The notes under the pieces were generated by a model. That model had not been told where the DNA came from, did not search any database, and worked only from the letters and a program-made list of their open reading frames with translations. Positions 27,272-37,754 of a DNA stretch of 64,000 nt are shown piece after piece (the first letter of the stretch is position 1; each line of letters begins with the position of its first letter). Position numbers and translations under genes: made by a program. Origin of the DNA: a virus (lineage: Duplodnaviria; Caudoviricetes); IMG/VR virus record IMGVR_UViG_3300003320_000853. One strand, written 5' to 3'.

Positions 27272-29290
27272 GTGCCGGCCCCCAGAACACGCAATACAAC
27301 CACAGCCCCTAGCCTCTCGACTCTCCTGCGACAGGCGGGCAAGAACGCCAAGTCGAACGTCGAGATCCAAGAGAGGGCTCAAGCGTCGGACGGGATCACC
27401 GTTCCGACCCCCCGCGCCAATACGCCGAGGATCTTCAACATCCTCGACTACATCGAGCAGGGGTGGGGTCTCGGGATGCGCCTCTATCCCGTGCAGAGGT
27501 TCATCGTCAAGCTCTACTACCACATCCCGCTCGACGACAAGAACAAGTCCATCGAGATCACGGACATGTTCAACTCGGCGGTGATGTACCGATTCACGGA
27601 GACGGAGTACCTGCGATTCCTCTTCGAGAACGGGCGGTGCAACATCGGCGAGCAGGATCATGAGCGACGGGAGTTGCTTCTCGCCATCGGTCGGCGCGCC
27701 GGCAAGAGCACCCTGAGCGGCATCTTCGCGAGCTACGAGGTCTATCGTCTCCTGAACCTCCAGAACCCCCAGGGGTACTACGGGCTCCCGCCCGGTAACC
27801 GGATCCAGATCACCTCGATCGGGACGGACAAGGATCAGGCCGGCATTCTCTTCAACGAGGTGACGAGCCACCTCTCCCGTTGCGAATACTTCTCGCCGTT
27901 CATCGCGAACAACACCCAGAGCTACATTCAATTCCGAACGCCAGCGGACATCGAGAAGTACGGCGAAACGAAGCGTCAGGAGAACGGCAAGTTCGTTTCG
28001 TTCAACGGCAAGGCGACGCTCAGGGTCACATTCAAGTCCTGCATCGCCAAAGGGCTCCGCGGCTTCGGCAACGTCGTGATCATCCTCGACGAGATGGCCC
28101 ACTTCAAGGACAACGGCCAGTCGAGCGCGAAGGACATCTACGACGCCATCACCCCCTCGACCGCTGCCTTCTCGCCCAAGGATCCCAACGACTCGACCCA
28201 CCCGGTTGGACCCGTCGAGAGCCGGATCATCTGCATTTCCTCGCCGCTCAACAAGCAGGGGAAGTTCTACGAGCTGTACCACCTGGCCATGGGTCGGGGG
28301 CCCGGCTCGGAGAACATGCTGGCGATCCAGGCACCTACCTGGGAGGTCAACCCCACGATCGAGCCGGGCTACTACCGGCAGAAGTACCATGCGGATCCCG
28401 CGGTCTTCATGACCGAGCATGGGGCGCAATTCTCCGACCGTGTTCGCGGCTGGATCGAGCGTGAGGTCGACCTTCTGGACTGCATCGACCCGAATCTTCG
28501 TCCGAAGGATCGGGGCATGCCTCGGGCGCCCCATCAGATGGGGATCGACATCGGTCTTGTGGGTGACGGGTCGAGCATTTTCATCACCCATGTCGAGAAC
28601 GATCAGATCGTCGTCGACTACCATGAAACGTGGTACGCAGGCGTTCCTTGGGAGGAGACGAACCCTCATCTGGCCGGAGCGTACTCGACTCCCTACGCTC
28701 GAATCTTGCAGAAGGTCGAGCGTCTCGACTTCGACGAGATCGCGGAATGGATCGCCTCGCTCACCAAGCGCTTCTATATCACGGATGGCATCTTCGATCG
28801 TTGGAACGGCCTTCCCCTGGAGCAGGCGCTCTCGAAGAAGGGTCTTCGGCAATTCAAGGCGGAGTTCTTCCGTCGCGATCTGTCAAGCCAAATCTACCAG
28901 AACGCCAAGCTCATGATGTTCGACAAGCGGCTCCGGCTCTACGACTGGCCGAGACCGAAGGAGAGCTTCAAGCATTCGGACTTCATCGCGGAGTTGCTAT
29001 CTCTCCAGGCGCAGCAAATCTCGCGGAACCTGGTCGTCGTTGCAGCTCCCGAGACTGTGGGTTCGCACGACGACATGAGTGATGCCTTCGTCCGCGCCGT
29101 TTGGCTCTCGTCCCAAAAGATGTCGTCCACGAAACTCGCCCTCGGACCCTCTGAGACCCGAGGGACGGCTGGCGCCGGGATGTCCGTGGCCCGCTACCAG
29201 ATCAACCGGGCACGGGCCCATGGTGGCTTCACGGAGCGCATGTCCCCCAGGCGTGGTGCGGCCCTTGGCCGGCTGAGGCGCGGACGATGA
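27272..29290 (+). CDS. terL: Terminase large subunit
   Basis: LYPVQ, GRRAGKS Walker A, IILDE Walker B, ISSP, GID nuclease motif, HDDMSDA. Confidence 0.93.
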   Translation: MPAPRTRNTTTAPSLSTLLRQAGKNAKSNVEIQERAQASDGITVPTPRANTPRIFNILDYIEQGWGLGMRLYPVQRFIVKLYYHIPLDDKNKSIEITDMFNSAVMYRFTETEYLRFLFENGRCNIGEQDHERRELLLAIGRRAGKSTLSGIFASYEVYRLLNLQNPQGYYGLPPGNRIQITSIGTDKDQAGILFNEVTSHLSRCEYFSPFIANNTQSYIQFRTPADIEKYGETKRQENGKFVSFNGKATLRVTFKSCIAKGLRGFGNVVIILDEMAHFKDNGQSSAKDIYDAITPSTAAFSPKDPNDSTHPVGPVESRIICISSPLNKQGKFYELYHLAMGRGPGSENMLAIQAPTWEVNPTIEPGYYRQKYHADPAVFMTEHGAQFSDRVRGWIEREVDLLDCIDPNLRPKDRGMPRAPHQMGIDIGLVGDGSSIFITHVENDQIVVDYHETWYAGVPWEETNPHLAGAYSTPYARILQKVERLDFDEIAEWIASLTKRFYITDGIFDRWNGLPLEQALSKKGLRQFKAEFFRRDLSSQIYQNAKLMMFDKRLRLYDWPRPKESFKHSDFIAELLSLQAQQISRNLVVVAAPETVGSHDDMSDAFVRAVWLSSQKMSSTKLALGPSETRGTAGAGMSVARYQINRARAHGGFTERMSPRRGAALGRLRRGR

Positions 29291-29541
29291 ACGACAGCCC
29301 CGATCCCCCGCGCATCTTCGCGAATCGGGTTATCCGGCAATTGATCGATCACTCGTTCGGCGAGGATCTGATCGTCGATCCGGACGACTTCCTCACGATG
29401 CGGACAGCGTTCCGATCGTCCGGCGGATCGTGGGTCAGCATCGGGGATGGGGACACCTCTCATCTGGACAAGCTCAAGAACATCGTCACGGCGTGGGGGC
29501 AGATGCCCGGCCGGAAAAAGCACTCCGACAGGATCGTCTGA
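29287..29541 (+). CDS. Hypothetical protein
   Basis: Coupled at both ends. Confidence 0.7.
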   Translation: MNDSPDPPRIFANRVIRQLIDHSFGEDLIVDPDDFLTMRTAFRSSGGSWVSIGDGDTSHLDKLKNIVTAWGQMPGRKKHSDRIV

Positions 29542-30062
29542 TGCCCGAGCTACCTCGCGATCGAGACTGCTACGTCCTCTTCAAGGGGGATACCATCACG
29601 GTCAACGTCACCGATGCGATGGCCCTCGGTGGTTGGCAGGGAGGACAGGGCGTCCAGTATGCCCCCTCAACCCTCGACGAGATTCTCGTCGACTACTCCA
29701 CGGGTCTCTACGCCGGGTTCATGATCTGGGGATCGGACGAAATCTCCGACAAGTTCACGGCCATGACCCGGCAACAGCCGGTCTACAAGTACACGGTCAT
29801 CGGGGCCGGGGGCTGGATCATCATGACGACCGCGTTCGAGAAGTTCACGTATGCCAGCCGAATCGGCGGAGGGCCGCTCGTCCCCATCGACTACCATGCG
29901 AGCGATCGTCTGGTCTTCTCGCTTCGGGGTTTCTGGACGAAGGAGGACGAGTGGACGCTCTCCGGGGATCCCCGAGCCCCGAACAACTATTTCATCGGGT
30001 TCGTCGTCCAGCGTCCAACACCCGCCCGCAACAACTACATGACCATTCAGGTTTCGATCTGA
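29541..30062 (+). CDS. Decoration/cement-like virion protein, paralog 1
   Basis: Shares RD, GW.GGQ, YxGF..WGS.E..D.FTA.T, EKFTYASRI, SLRGFWT.EDE with the next two genes. Confidence 0.7.
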   Translation: MPELPRDRDCYVLFKGDTITVNVTDAMALGGWQGGQGVQYAPSTLDEILVDYSTGLYAGFMIWGSDEISDKFTAMTRQQPVYKYTVIGAGGWIIMTTAFEKFTYASRIGGGPLVPIDYHASDRLVFSLRGFWTKEDEWTLSGDPRAPNNYFIGFVVQRPTPARNNYMTIQVSI

Positions 30063-30068
30063 GGTGCC

Positions 30069-30587
30069 ATGGAGATCGAACGTACCCGAGATGTCGTTGT
30101 TCTCGTTGCCGCCACGGCGAATCCCGTCGTTGTGAGCGACAGGATGGCGGCCCAGGGATGGCCTGGGGGTCAGGCCGTCACGTGGATCGACAGCGTTGAC
30201 GACACCTTCCTCGTAGACTTCTCGGACGGCACCTACGGAGGATTCCTCCTCTGGGGGTCGAACGAATCGTCAGATCAATTCACGGCGATGACCGGCCAAC
30301 AGACGGTCTACAAGTACGCCCTGATGTGCTCTGGGGCCTGGATCATGATGACCCAGACCTACGAGAAGTTCACCTACGCCAGCCGCATTGGCCCGGGCCC
30401 CCTCGTTGAGAACGTCTTCACAGTAGGTGCCAGGCTTACCTTCTCGCTTCGGGGTTTCTGGACACCCGAAGACGAATGGACGCTCTCGGGAGATCCCAGG
30501 GCTCCAAACAACTTCTTCATTGGTTACATCGCACAAGCTCCGAGTGCTCTCACCAACAACTACCTGACCATCCAAACGTCAATCTGA
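30069..30587 (+). CDS. Decoration/cement-like virion protein, paralog 2
   Basis: Same motifs as paralog 1; SD GAGGTG. Confidence 0.7.
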   Translation: MEIERTRDVVVLVAATANPVVVSDRMAAQGWPGGQAVTWIDSVDDTFLVDFSDGTYGGFLLWGSNESSDQFTAMTGQQTVYKYALMCSGAWIMMTQTYEKFTYASRIGPGPLVENVFTVGARLTFSLRGFWTPEDEWTLSGDPRAPNNFFIGYIAQAPSALTNNYLTIQTSI

Positions 30588-30589
30588 CC

Positions 30590-31126
30590 ATGGACATCGA
30601 CTTCAAGGGGTTGGACCTCATCCGGGGCCGGGACTGTACGATCTTCATCAAGGGCGACGCCCATGTGGTGACCATCGGACCCGAGATGCTCGCGAACGGC
30701 TGGATCGGAGGTCAGGGCGCTCAGTGGGAGGACTCCGATACGGATGACCGCGTCGTGACGTACTCCCTCGGTCTTTATGGGGGGTTCATGATCTGGGGGT
30801 CGGACGAAATGGCCGACCAATACACGGCCCTCACGAAGAATCAGCTCGTCTATGGGACGGGCGTCATGATGGCCGGGAGAGCTCTCATCTCGACCCTGGC
30901 GTACGAGAAGTTCACGTATGCCAGCCGAATCGGTGGCGGCGCTCTGGTTGCTCTCCAGTACCGGCCCCACGACATTCTTTTCCTGTCTCTTCGCGGTCTT
31001 TGGACGAAAGAGGACGAGCTGACTCTTTCGGGGAACCCTCTCGCGCCGGCTTTCTTCACCGGCTTCGTCTGCCAGGTGCCCAAGGCCAACAACCAATTCC
31101 AGCTCGGGATCCAGACAAGCATGTAG
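30590..31126 (+). CDS. Decoration/cement-like virion protein, paralog 3
   Basis: Same motifs as paralog 1. Confidence 0.7.
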   Translation: MDIDFKGLDLIRGRDCTIFIKGDAHVVTIGPEMLANGWIGGQGAQWEDSDTDDRVVTYSLGLYGGFMIWGSDEMADQYTALTKNQLVYGTGVMMAGRALISTLAYEKFTYASRIGGGALVALQYRPHDILFLSLRGLWTKEDELTLSGNPLAPAFFTGFVCQVPKANNQFQLGIQTSM

Positions 31127-31133
31127 GAGGCCC

Positions 31134-31568
31134 ATGCCTCAGCAACAGAATCCGGCTCGGATGTCTGCCGACGAGATCATTCAGGAGATCCGATCCATTC
31201 GGCAGGAGATCGAGCAGCGCACGACCCGTCTCTCCGAGCTCGCCCTCTCGTTGTACACGAGGGCGCGGCATCGTCGTCTCGCCCTACCCGGAGAGGATGA
31301 ACCGGAAGACCACACCCCCTACCTCATCTTTGCCAATGGGTGGGCGCGGATGGCTGCCTCCCTCCGACAGGGGGTTCAGCGGATGAGCCGGACCGATCGG
31401 GTCATCATCCCTCGTTCCGCGGAGCCGGAGAGGGAGGAGGAGGCCATCACGGTACCGGAGCTTCCCTCTCCGATCCCTCCTCCCCCGCCCCCTCATCATG
31501 ACGAGGCGATGGAAGAACTTGTAACTCTCTACGGTGGGGAGATCGTCCACGATGCCCTCACCCGGTAG
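31134..31568 (+). CDS. Hypothetical protein
   Basis: SD AGGAGG. Confidence 0.65.
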   Translation: MPQQQNPARMSADEIIQEIRSIRQEIEQRTTRLSELALSLYTRARHRRLALPGEDEPEDHTPYLIFANGWARMAASLRQGVQRMSRTDRVIIPRSAEPEREEEAITVPELPSPIPPPPPPHHDEAMEELVTLYGGEIVHDALTR

Positions 31569-33363
31569 GATTTCGAATACTTCGACCCGTTTCACACCCC
31601 CGACCAACGGCATTCGGGGGGCGACGCCCCATGTATCCCAAGGGAACGGCGCTCGCAATCTTACGCCGAACGAGCGAGAGGCTAGACGTCAACATCGGAT
31701 GCTCCGGCGAGCGTCCGATGGGTTCGCGGTGGATCCCATCGGCGGAGCGAACACGCTCATGGCCGGAGCCCAGCAGTTCTTCTCCCCGCAGCTCTCGACC
31801 GACTTCCTGGAGTTGCCGCAGTCGATCCGCGAAAAGCGCGAGATTTACCGGCACTTCTACAACACCGACCCCATCGTGGGGCAGGCCATCGACCTCCACA
31901 CGGAGCTCCCGCTCTCGAAGGTGCGGCTCGCGGCGCCGAAGCCGCAGACGTGTCCGAAGCGGTTCAAGAGCCCCGACGACTACGGCAAGTACATCCTCTC
32001 GAAGTTCGAGAAGATGTGCAAGCGGATGAAGCTCTTCCAGAGGCTCATCACGGGCGTCCATCACTACTGGCTCGACGGGACGTGCTGCATCTTCGCGGAG
32101 GATTCAGAAGTCCAGGTGCCGGCTGAGGTGGGGTACGACCGGCAATCGGTGACCCGCAGCATCCTGGACGATGACGGCAATGCCCGAGAGGTGCAGGAGG
32201 AGGCGTGGATCGAGCGTCCCGACCGAGAGGAGCAGGAGCTCGCCTACTACCAACAGCACTACCGTGGGTGGGAGCGGCTCATCATCGTCCCGATTGACCA
32301 GGTCCAGATCACCTCGTGGTCGTTCAGCGACAAGGTCCGCATCGAGCTGATCCCTTCGGACAGGGACAGGGCCATCATCGAGCAGGCGCGGATGGGCGAT
32401 CCCGAGGCCGAGGAGATGGCCAACGAGATCCCCGAAGAGGTACGGGCGCATATCGAGGAGGGCAGGCTCATCCCGCTTGGCACCGATCCGGACGAGGGGT
32501 CTTTCGCCTACCTGCTCTGTGGCCGGAAGGGTGCCGGGGAGGAGCTGGGGCAGAGCATCCTCGATCGCTGCCTTCGGACGCTCTACTACCGGGAGAAGCT
32601 TCGTCAGGCGCAGACGCAGATCGCCAGCCGGGCGATGACTCCGAAGCGTGTCGTGTGGGCCGAGGACATCTCGGAAGCCGACGTCGAGGATCTGCGCGAA
32701 CAGGTGGACCTCTCGCTCGTCGACCCTGATTACTCGATCGTCGCAAACTACGAGATCCATTGGGAAGAGATGGGGTCGAAGGATCGCCTCCTCGACCTAT
32801 CGGCGGAGTACGAGGTGACCGATCGCCAGCTTCATGCGGGGCTCGGGGTGACGGAGAGCCTCCTCTCTGGGGAGTCCCTCTACTCGGGCGACCGCCTCAA
32901 GCTTGAGGTGATCAACACGCGCTACCTCTTCCTCCGGGAGATCCTCCAGGAGTACGTCGAGGAGGAGCTCTTCAAGCCCGTCGCCCGACGCATGGGCTTC
33001 ATCGAGAAGGACGAGTGGGGGGACGAGATCGTGCTCTACCCCAGGCTTTCGTTCACGCGGCTTCCGCTCCGGGACAGCCAGGACACGTTCGACGCGATGT
33101 TCAACCTCTACACGAAGGGATCGCTCCCGGTGGAGGCCATCCTGGAGCTTCTCAACCTCGACGCCAACGACATCAAGGCGAAGCTAGAGCGGGACTTCGG
33201 CACGATGAACGACGCCGTGTTCAACGAGCTGACCCGCGGGATGTACACGGGCATTGCCGAGAAGCTGGCGGGGGAGACGGACTTCGCCGAGAAGATCGCC
33301 AAGTACCTCGGCCTCAAGCTCAAGCCGAAGCCCGCCGAAGAGGGCGAGGACAGGTTTGGCTAG
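31552..33363 (+). CDS. Portal protein
   Basis: YRHFYNTDPIVGQAIDLHTELP, GQSILDRC...KLRQAQ, GLGVTESLLSG; lies between TerL and protease. Confidence 0.85.
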   Translation: MPSPGRISNTSTRFTPPTNGIRGATPHVSQGNGARNLTPNEREARRQHRMLRRASDGFAVDPIGGANTLMAGAQQFFSPQLSTDFLELPQSIREKREIYRHFYNTDPIVGQAIDLHTELPLSKVRLAAPKPQTCPKRFKSPDDYGKYILSKFEKMCKRMKLFQRLITGVHHYWLDGTCCIFAEDSEVQVPAEVGYDRQSVTRSILDDDGNAREVQEEAWIERPDREEQELAYYQQHYRGWERLIIVPIDQVQITSWSFSDKVRIELIPSDRDRAIIEQARMGDPEAEEMANEIPEEVRAHIEEGRLIPLGTDPDEGSFAYLLCGRKGAGEELGQSILDRCLRTLYYREKLRQAQTQIASRAMTPKRVVWAEDISEADVEDLREQVDLSLVDPDYSIVANYEIHWEEMGSKDRLLDLSAEYEVTDRQLHAGLGVTESLLSGESLYSGDRLKLEVINTRYLFLREILQEYVEEELFKPVARRMGFIEKDEWGDEIVLYPRLSFTRLPLRDSQDTFDAMFNLYTKGSLPVEAILELLNLDANDIKAKLERDFGTMNDAVFNELTRGMYTGIAEKLAGETDFAEKIAKYLGLKLKPKPAEEGEDRFG

Positions 33364-33366
33364 CGA

Positions 33367-34101
33367 TCAGGGGGTGGTGATCGCGACCATGGCGGTCACG
33401 GCCTGGGCCGCAGCGGCAGTCACCGTCGGCCCCACCGCCTGGAAGGCGATGTTCAGCGCATCCTGAGCCGAGGTGCTCCCGGCCTTCGCGCCGAGGATGC
33501 CGGTGGTCTCGAAGCCACACCGGAACGCAGCGTCCGTACCGTACCAGTCGCCCGGCAAGCCCGGCACGTTCCCCATGATGGCCGCATGGGTGGTCGCTCC
33601 GATCGTGTCGAGGTCGGCGTCCCAGGTCTGCGGACCCAGCGCAATACGCGCATCCCGGATCAGCCAGAAGGCCCGCTCCGACTCGAAGCTCACCTGTTCC
33701 GGCGTGAGCTCGGTGGCCGGCAACGTGTCCTTCCAGGAAGCGGCAGGAATGCCGGCGGCGTCGACCCACGCGCTGACGTAGGTACGGACGAGGTTGTCCG
33801 CCGCGAAATGGGCCCGCTTGGTCTCGACCGCATCGCTCGCGGCCGTACCAGCGATCTCGGTGGAGAACCCGGCAAGAGTCATCTGATAGGTCGCCCCCTC
33901 CGTGGGATCGGCCGCGCGAGCAATGCGAACCACCTCCGCGTAGATCACGGGGGAGACCCCCGCCGGGACGCCATTGCTGCCATCCATGCCCGTCGAGGTG
34001 CTCGGGCAACCGCCACCCGTGCCCTCGTTCGTATCGGCGCACCCGAAGCTGCCAACGACGGTCGTGAAAGCCAGCAAGGCGAGCGAAAGAGTCGTTTTCA
34101 T
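33367..34101 (-). CDS. Secreted lipoprotein (moron)
   Basis: SD AAGGAG; MKTTLSLALLAFTTVVGSFG|C lipobox, Gly/Thr/Ser linker; opposite strand inside the head module. Confidence 0.7.
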   Translation of the reverse strand: MKTTLSLALLAFTTVVGSFGCADTNEGTGGGCPSTSTGMDGSNGVPAGVSPVIYAEVVRIARAADPTEGATYQMTLAGFSTEIAGTAASDAVETKRAHFAADNLVRTYVSAWVDAAGIPAASWKDTLPATELTPEQVSFESERAFWLIRDARIALGPQTWDADLDTIGATTHAAIMGNVPGLPGDWYGTDAAFRCGFETTGILGAKAGSTSAQDALNIAFQAVGPTVTAAAAQAVTAMVAITTP

Positions 34102-34347
34102 GTGGATCATCTCCTTGGTGTCGACAGTCGACGCCGAGGCTCCAAGCAGATGCCGTGCCGGGCCGTAGATGCGCCAGGGTTGGCCTGACGTGTCCGGTAT
34201 CGCGCACACGGTTGGAAGCGCTTCCGGTTGGATACGATAGACAGACCGTGAAAACCGCGTGAAATAGGCGGATTCCAGTTTTGAGGACACAGCGCCGATG
34301 GTTTTCCTCGATCCCGGACAGGTTAGTCCTTCTTTGGGCACCGCTTT

Positions 34348-37323
34348 GTGATGCTCCGGTCGGCGACCAAGGACACCTACGAGCGCGAGAACGATGAGGC
34401 CGAGCGCCTTGTTCGACCCTCGCCCAAGGTCAAGCCCCCCCGTCGCGACAAGCGCCGGGAGCGCATCGACTCGGATCCCGAGGAGGAGAGGGACAAGGAT
34501 CTGTCCCTCAACTACAAGGACGTCGGAGGCGCTGTCCTCCGACGCTTCCTCGCGGAGAAGAGCAAGGGGAAAGTCAAGGTCATCAAGAAGGACACGGGCG
34601 AGACGACCTACATCAAGCCCGAGACCCTCAAGGATCGTCCGGAGGATTACGTCCTTCCCGAGGCCGGAGAGGCCGCCGAGTGGTCGCCGGAAGACCTGGC
34701 GGCACATGGGAAGGGCAAGGCGCTTTGGGAGCAAGCCCAGGGCGACCCGGAGCTTCAATCCATCTTCCGGGATCTGGTCAACCCGAAGTCTCAAGGCGCG
34801 GGCTATCTCGCTCGGAGCACCCCTGGCTTCCCGGCGGGGCCGATGATGCGTGGTCGGGCCCTGCCCGACGGAGTCGAGAACCTGGGGCAGCTCCTCAAGG
34901 TCTTGGAGCAGGGGCAGAAAACACCTCCGAAGCCCAAGGACGAGCCCAAGCCTGAGACTCCTTCAGCCGAAGAGACGGCTCCCAGCACTTCCGCCGGAGA
35001 CGAGCCTGTGGCCGAAGCTCCGCCTGAGAAGGGCGAAGAGGAGAAGGCGGAACCGGAGCCGGAGAAAAACGCACCCGAGGATCAGCCGGAGAAGCCCAAG
35101 GAGGAGAAGGGCAAGAAGCCCTCCGGTGAGAAGAAGCCGGGGAAGGTGCCCGAACCGGAGCGACGCAAGCCCGAGGATTGGGAGCTGATGGCTTCGCGGT
35201 CGGCCATTTTGGAGACGCTTCCCAAGGGGGAGATGCGCGATCGTCTCATCGACGCCCGGCTTCATCCCGACGATGTGAGCGAGATCCTCGCGACGTACCA
35301 CACGGCGAAGTCTGCGGATCTCGGTCAGAAGGGCGCTGAAAAGCTCATCGACCACGCTCGGAACTGGTTCGAGCCGGACCCTTCGAAGATCGGGACGCCG
35401 AAATTCGGCAAGGATCGGGCCGGCAACGAGAAGCCATTCGAGGAGCTGAACCCCGAGGAGAAGGCCGAGGCGACAGTCCATCACCGGAACCGGACGGTGG
35501 CGTTGAGCCTCGCGGCACACGACCAGGTGACCCGTTCGCTCACGAAGAACCTCGGAGCTCCGCCCGCGCTCGCTGATTTCCTCTCTGCCTTCATGCTGGG
35601 GCAGAAGCCTCCGAAGGAAGGGGCACCTCCTCCCGACCCGGCGGAGGTGGACGCGAAGTCGCGGGCGCTCTCGAAAAAGGTCTTCGAGAAGGTGCTCGCG
35701 GGAGGTCAGGACGAGACAGTTTCGCCGAACGCGATCAAGAACGTCATCGACTTCACGAAGGACGACCCCACGGCGCAACGTGCGGCAGTGGCTTACTTCC
35801 AGGCTCGGGACTACCAGGCGGCCCGCGAGAAGTGGCTGAACCCGTCGTCTCCGAACGCCATCTCGGAGCACCAGGGGCCCACGGATATCTCCCGCGGGCT
35901 CGTCGAGGGTAGCCGGTACCTTGTGGATCGCTCGCGGCTGTACCCTGCCGTATCGGTCACCCAGGATCCTGCCGGTGCATTCCGAAACCGTGTTCTCCAG
36001 CACATCAAGACGCTCGTCCCGGAGAAGTACCCCTTCGTCCGCAAGCACGTCGATGTCTATGAGCACCAGCTCTACGACTCCGAGGTCAAGCGCCACGAGA
36101 AGATCGTCAACCGGGTGATGGATCGGTACCAGAAGGACGTCCGGCGGGTGCTCGACAAGCACGACCGCGCCGTGGAGAAGATCCGGGGCAAGCACGAACA
36201 GACGATCGACACCTACAAGGACGAGGCCAAGGCGTACGACAAGGAGTACCGGAAGTACGTCAAGGAGAAGATCCGGCACCAGAAGCTCGTCCAGGAGGCC
36301 CTCCAGAAGGACAAGGGCGAGGACTACCGGGAGTCTCCGACCGAGGGGTTGCCAGAGCCGCCCAAGGCTCCGACGCCTCCGAAGCCCCCGCCGGACATCA
36401 ATCTGCCGGACGTCCCTCCGTTGCCGCCCGAGCCGCTTCTCCCGGAGGCTCCGGCGAAGCCGGTGAGATACGGGCTTGCCGACGACGATCTCGACGAGGA
36501 ACGCGAACGGTTGTGGGAGGAGCAGAAGCGTCAAGCATCCTCTTATCCGTCGCGAAAGGCAATGGGACTGCCGAACCGAGAAGCCGTCTACTGGGGGGTC
36601 GATCCGTACCCTCCGGAGAGCGAAGCCCACGGCGCGTACCCCGAATGGTCTCAGGCACACGCCCGGGATCTCGGCGAGAAAGACTTCTCGGGGCTGCTCA
36701 AGTCGGCTCGCGAGTGGCTCCGCACGCCCATCCTTTCAAAGGCCGTCGAGGGCATCGAGAAGGACACGCAGCTCCGTGCGGCACTCGATCTGGCCATCCG
36801 ATCTCACGAGGGAGGCCGGTACTCGGTCGGTCTCCACCCGCAACTCTACAACCAGCTCCTCGCCAGGTTGGCGGGCAAATCCGAGGATGAGACCCTGACC
36901 ACGGTTCGCGCGGCAATCACACGCGATTCCGTTTATGTCGTCGCAGGAGACAAGACCATGAGCGCATCGGCCCAAGTCCGCAAGTTCGCCACCTCCATCG
37001 CCGCGTCGAACCCCGACGTCGCCTACGATCTCGTGGGCCTCGCCGATCACCTCGCTCAGGAGGAGCAGCAACAGGCCAAGGAACAGCAGGCTCAGCAGAA
37101 GCAGGGCGGCGAGGTTCCTCCTCAGTTCTTGGAGCACCAGAAGAAGAAGGAAGAGGAGAAGGGCCAGGATCATGGGCAGGGTCAGCAGAGCGAACAGCAG
37201 AAGCAGGCTGGTGCCCTCGCCTACCGCACCCTCAAGGCGTCGGTTCTGAACGCGGCGAAGCTGAACCCGGCCATCCGGAACGCTCTCCACCCGGTGCTCC
37301 AGACGATCAAGCAGCTCGGCTGA
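34348..37323 (+). CDS. Large head-module protein (991 aa) with probable internal starts at 36562 and 36958
   Basis: Charged/Pro-rich segments; AGGAG SD before ATG 36958; Q-rich C-terminus. Confidence 0.75.
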   Translation: MMLRSATKDTYERENDEAERLVRPSPKVKPPRRDKRRERIDSDPEEERDKDLSLNYKDVGGAVLRRFLAEKSKGKVKVIKKDTGETTYIKPETLKDRPEDYVLPEAGEAAEWSPEDLAAHGKGKALWEQAQGDPELQSIFRDLVNPKSQGAGYLARSTPGFPAGPMMRGRALPDGVENLGQLLKVLEQGQKTPPKPKDEPKPETPSAEETAPSTSAGDEPVAEAPPEKGEEEKAEPEPEKNAPEDQPEKPKEEKGKKPSGEKKPGKVPEPERRKPEDWELMASRSAILETLPKGEMRDRLIDARLHPDDVSEILATYHTAKSADLGQKGAEKLIDHARNWFEPDPSKIGTPKFGKDRAGNEKPFEELNPEEKAEATVHHRNRTVALSLAAHDQVTRSLTKNLGAPPALADFLSAFMLGQKPPKEGAPPPDPAEVDAKSRALSKKVFEKVLAGGQDETVSPNAIKNVIDFTKDDPTAQRAAVAYFQARDYQAAREKWLNPSSPNAISEHQGPTDISRGLVEGSRYLVDRSRLYPAVSVTQDPAGAFRNRVLQHIKTLVPEKYPFVRKHVDVYEHQLYDSEVKRHEKIVNRVMDRYQKDVRRVLDKHDRAVEKIRGKHEQTIDTYKDEAKAYDKEYRKYVKEKIRHQKLVQEALQKDKGEDYRESPTEGLPEPPKAPTPPKPPPDINLPDVPPLPPEPLLPEAPAKPVRYGLADDDLDEERERLWEEQKRQASSYPSRKAMGLPNREAVYWGVDPYPPESEAHGAYPEWSQAHARDLGEKDFSGLLKSAREWLRTPILSKAVEGIEKDTQLRAALDLAIRSHEGGRYSVGLHPQLYNQLLARLAGKSEDETLTTVRAAITRDSVYVVAGDKTMSASAQVRKFATSIAASNPDVAYDLVGLADHLAQEEQQQAKEQQAQQKQGGEVPPQFLEHQKKKEEEKGQDHGQGQQSEQQKQAGALAYRTLKASVLNAAKLNPAIRNALHPVLQTIKQLG

Positions 37324-37353
37324 GACGCCCAGCGCGGAGACGGAGACACGACC

Positions 37354-37740
37354 ATGAGCAAGAACGAGCTGACGCCGGCCCAGAAGGAGGCCAACTCCAT
37401 CCTCAACCGCTTCGATCGGATCGCCAGTGTGATCCAGTCGAAGTTCGCCCAGATGGGGCTCGAACAGCCCGAGGCGAAGGAGATGGTCAACGCCCTCGAT
37501 GCGGTCTCGGACAAGATCGAGATTTCGGCCTTCGGCAAGGAGTCCTTCGAGCGCCGCCGCGCCGAGGTGATCCAGAAGGAGACCGACGAGCCGTACATGA
37601 ACACCTTCAAGAACCCGATGGCGCCCGTCCAGACGGAGAGCGACGAGCCGTACATGCGGGCTTACTCCGACGACCAGTCCTCGGCTGTGATCCACGGCAA
37701 GGCGGAGAACGGTCGGGCTCTGGCCCCGGGCCACACCTGA
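37354..37740 (+). CDS. Hypothetical head protein with duplicated E(T/S)DEPYM motif
   Basis: QKETDEPYM / QTESDEPYM; high-expression codon style. Confidence 0.8.
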   Translation: MSKNELTPAQKEANSILNRFDRIASVIQSKFAQMGLEQPEAKEMVNALDAVSDKIEISAFGKESFERRRAEVIQKETDEPYMNTFKNPMAPVQTESDEPYMRAYSDDQSSAVIHGKAENGRALAPGHT

Positions 37741-37754
37741 TCGGGTGACCCGAA

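Noticed and set aside
33367-34794. 475-aa version of the minus-strand ORF
   Set aside because: The 5' part overlaps the 34348 gene; SD and signal peptide support a start at 34101
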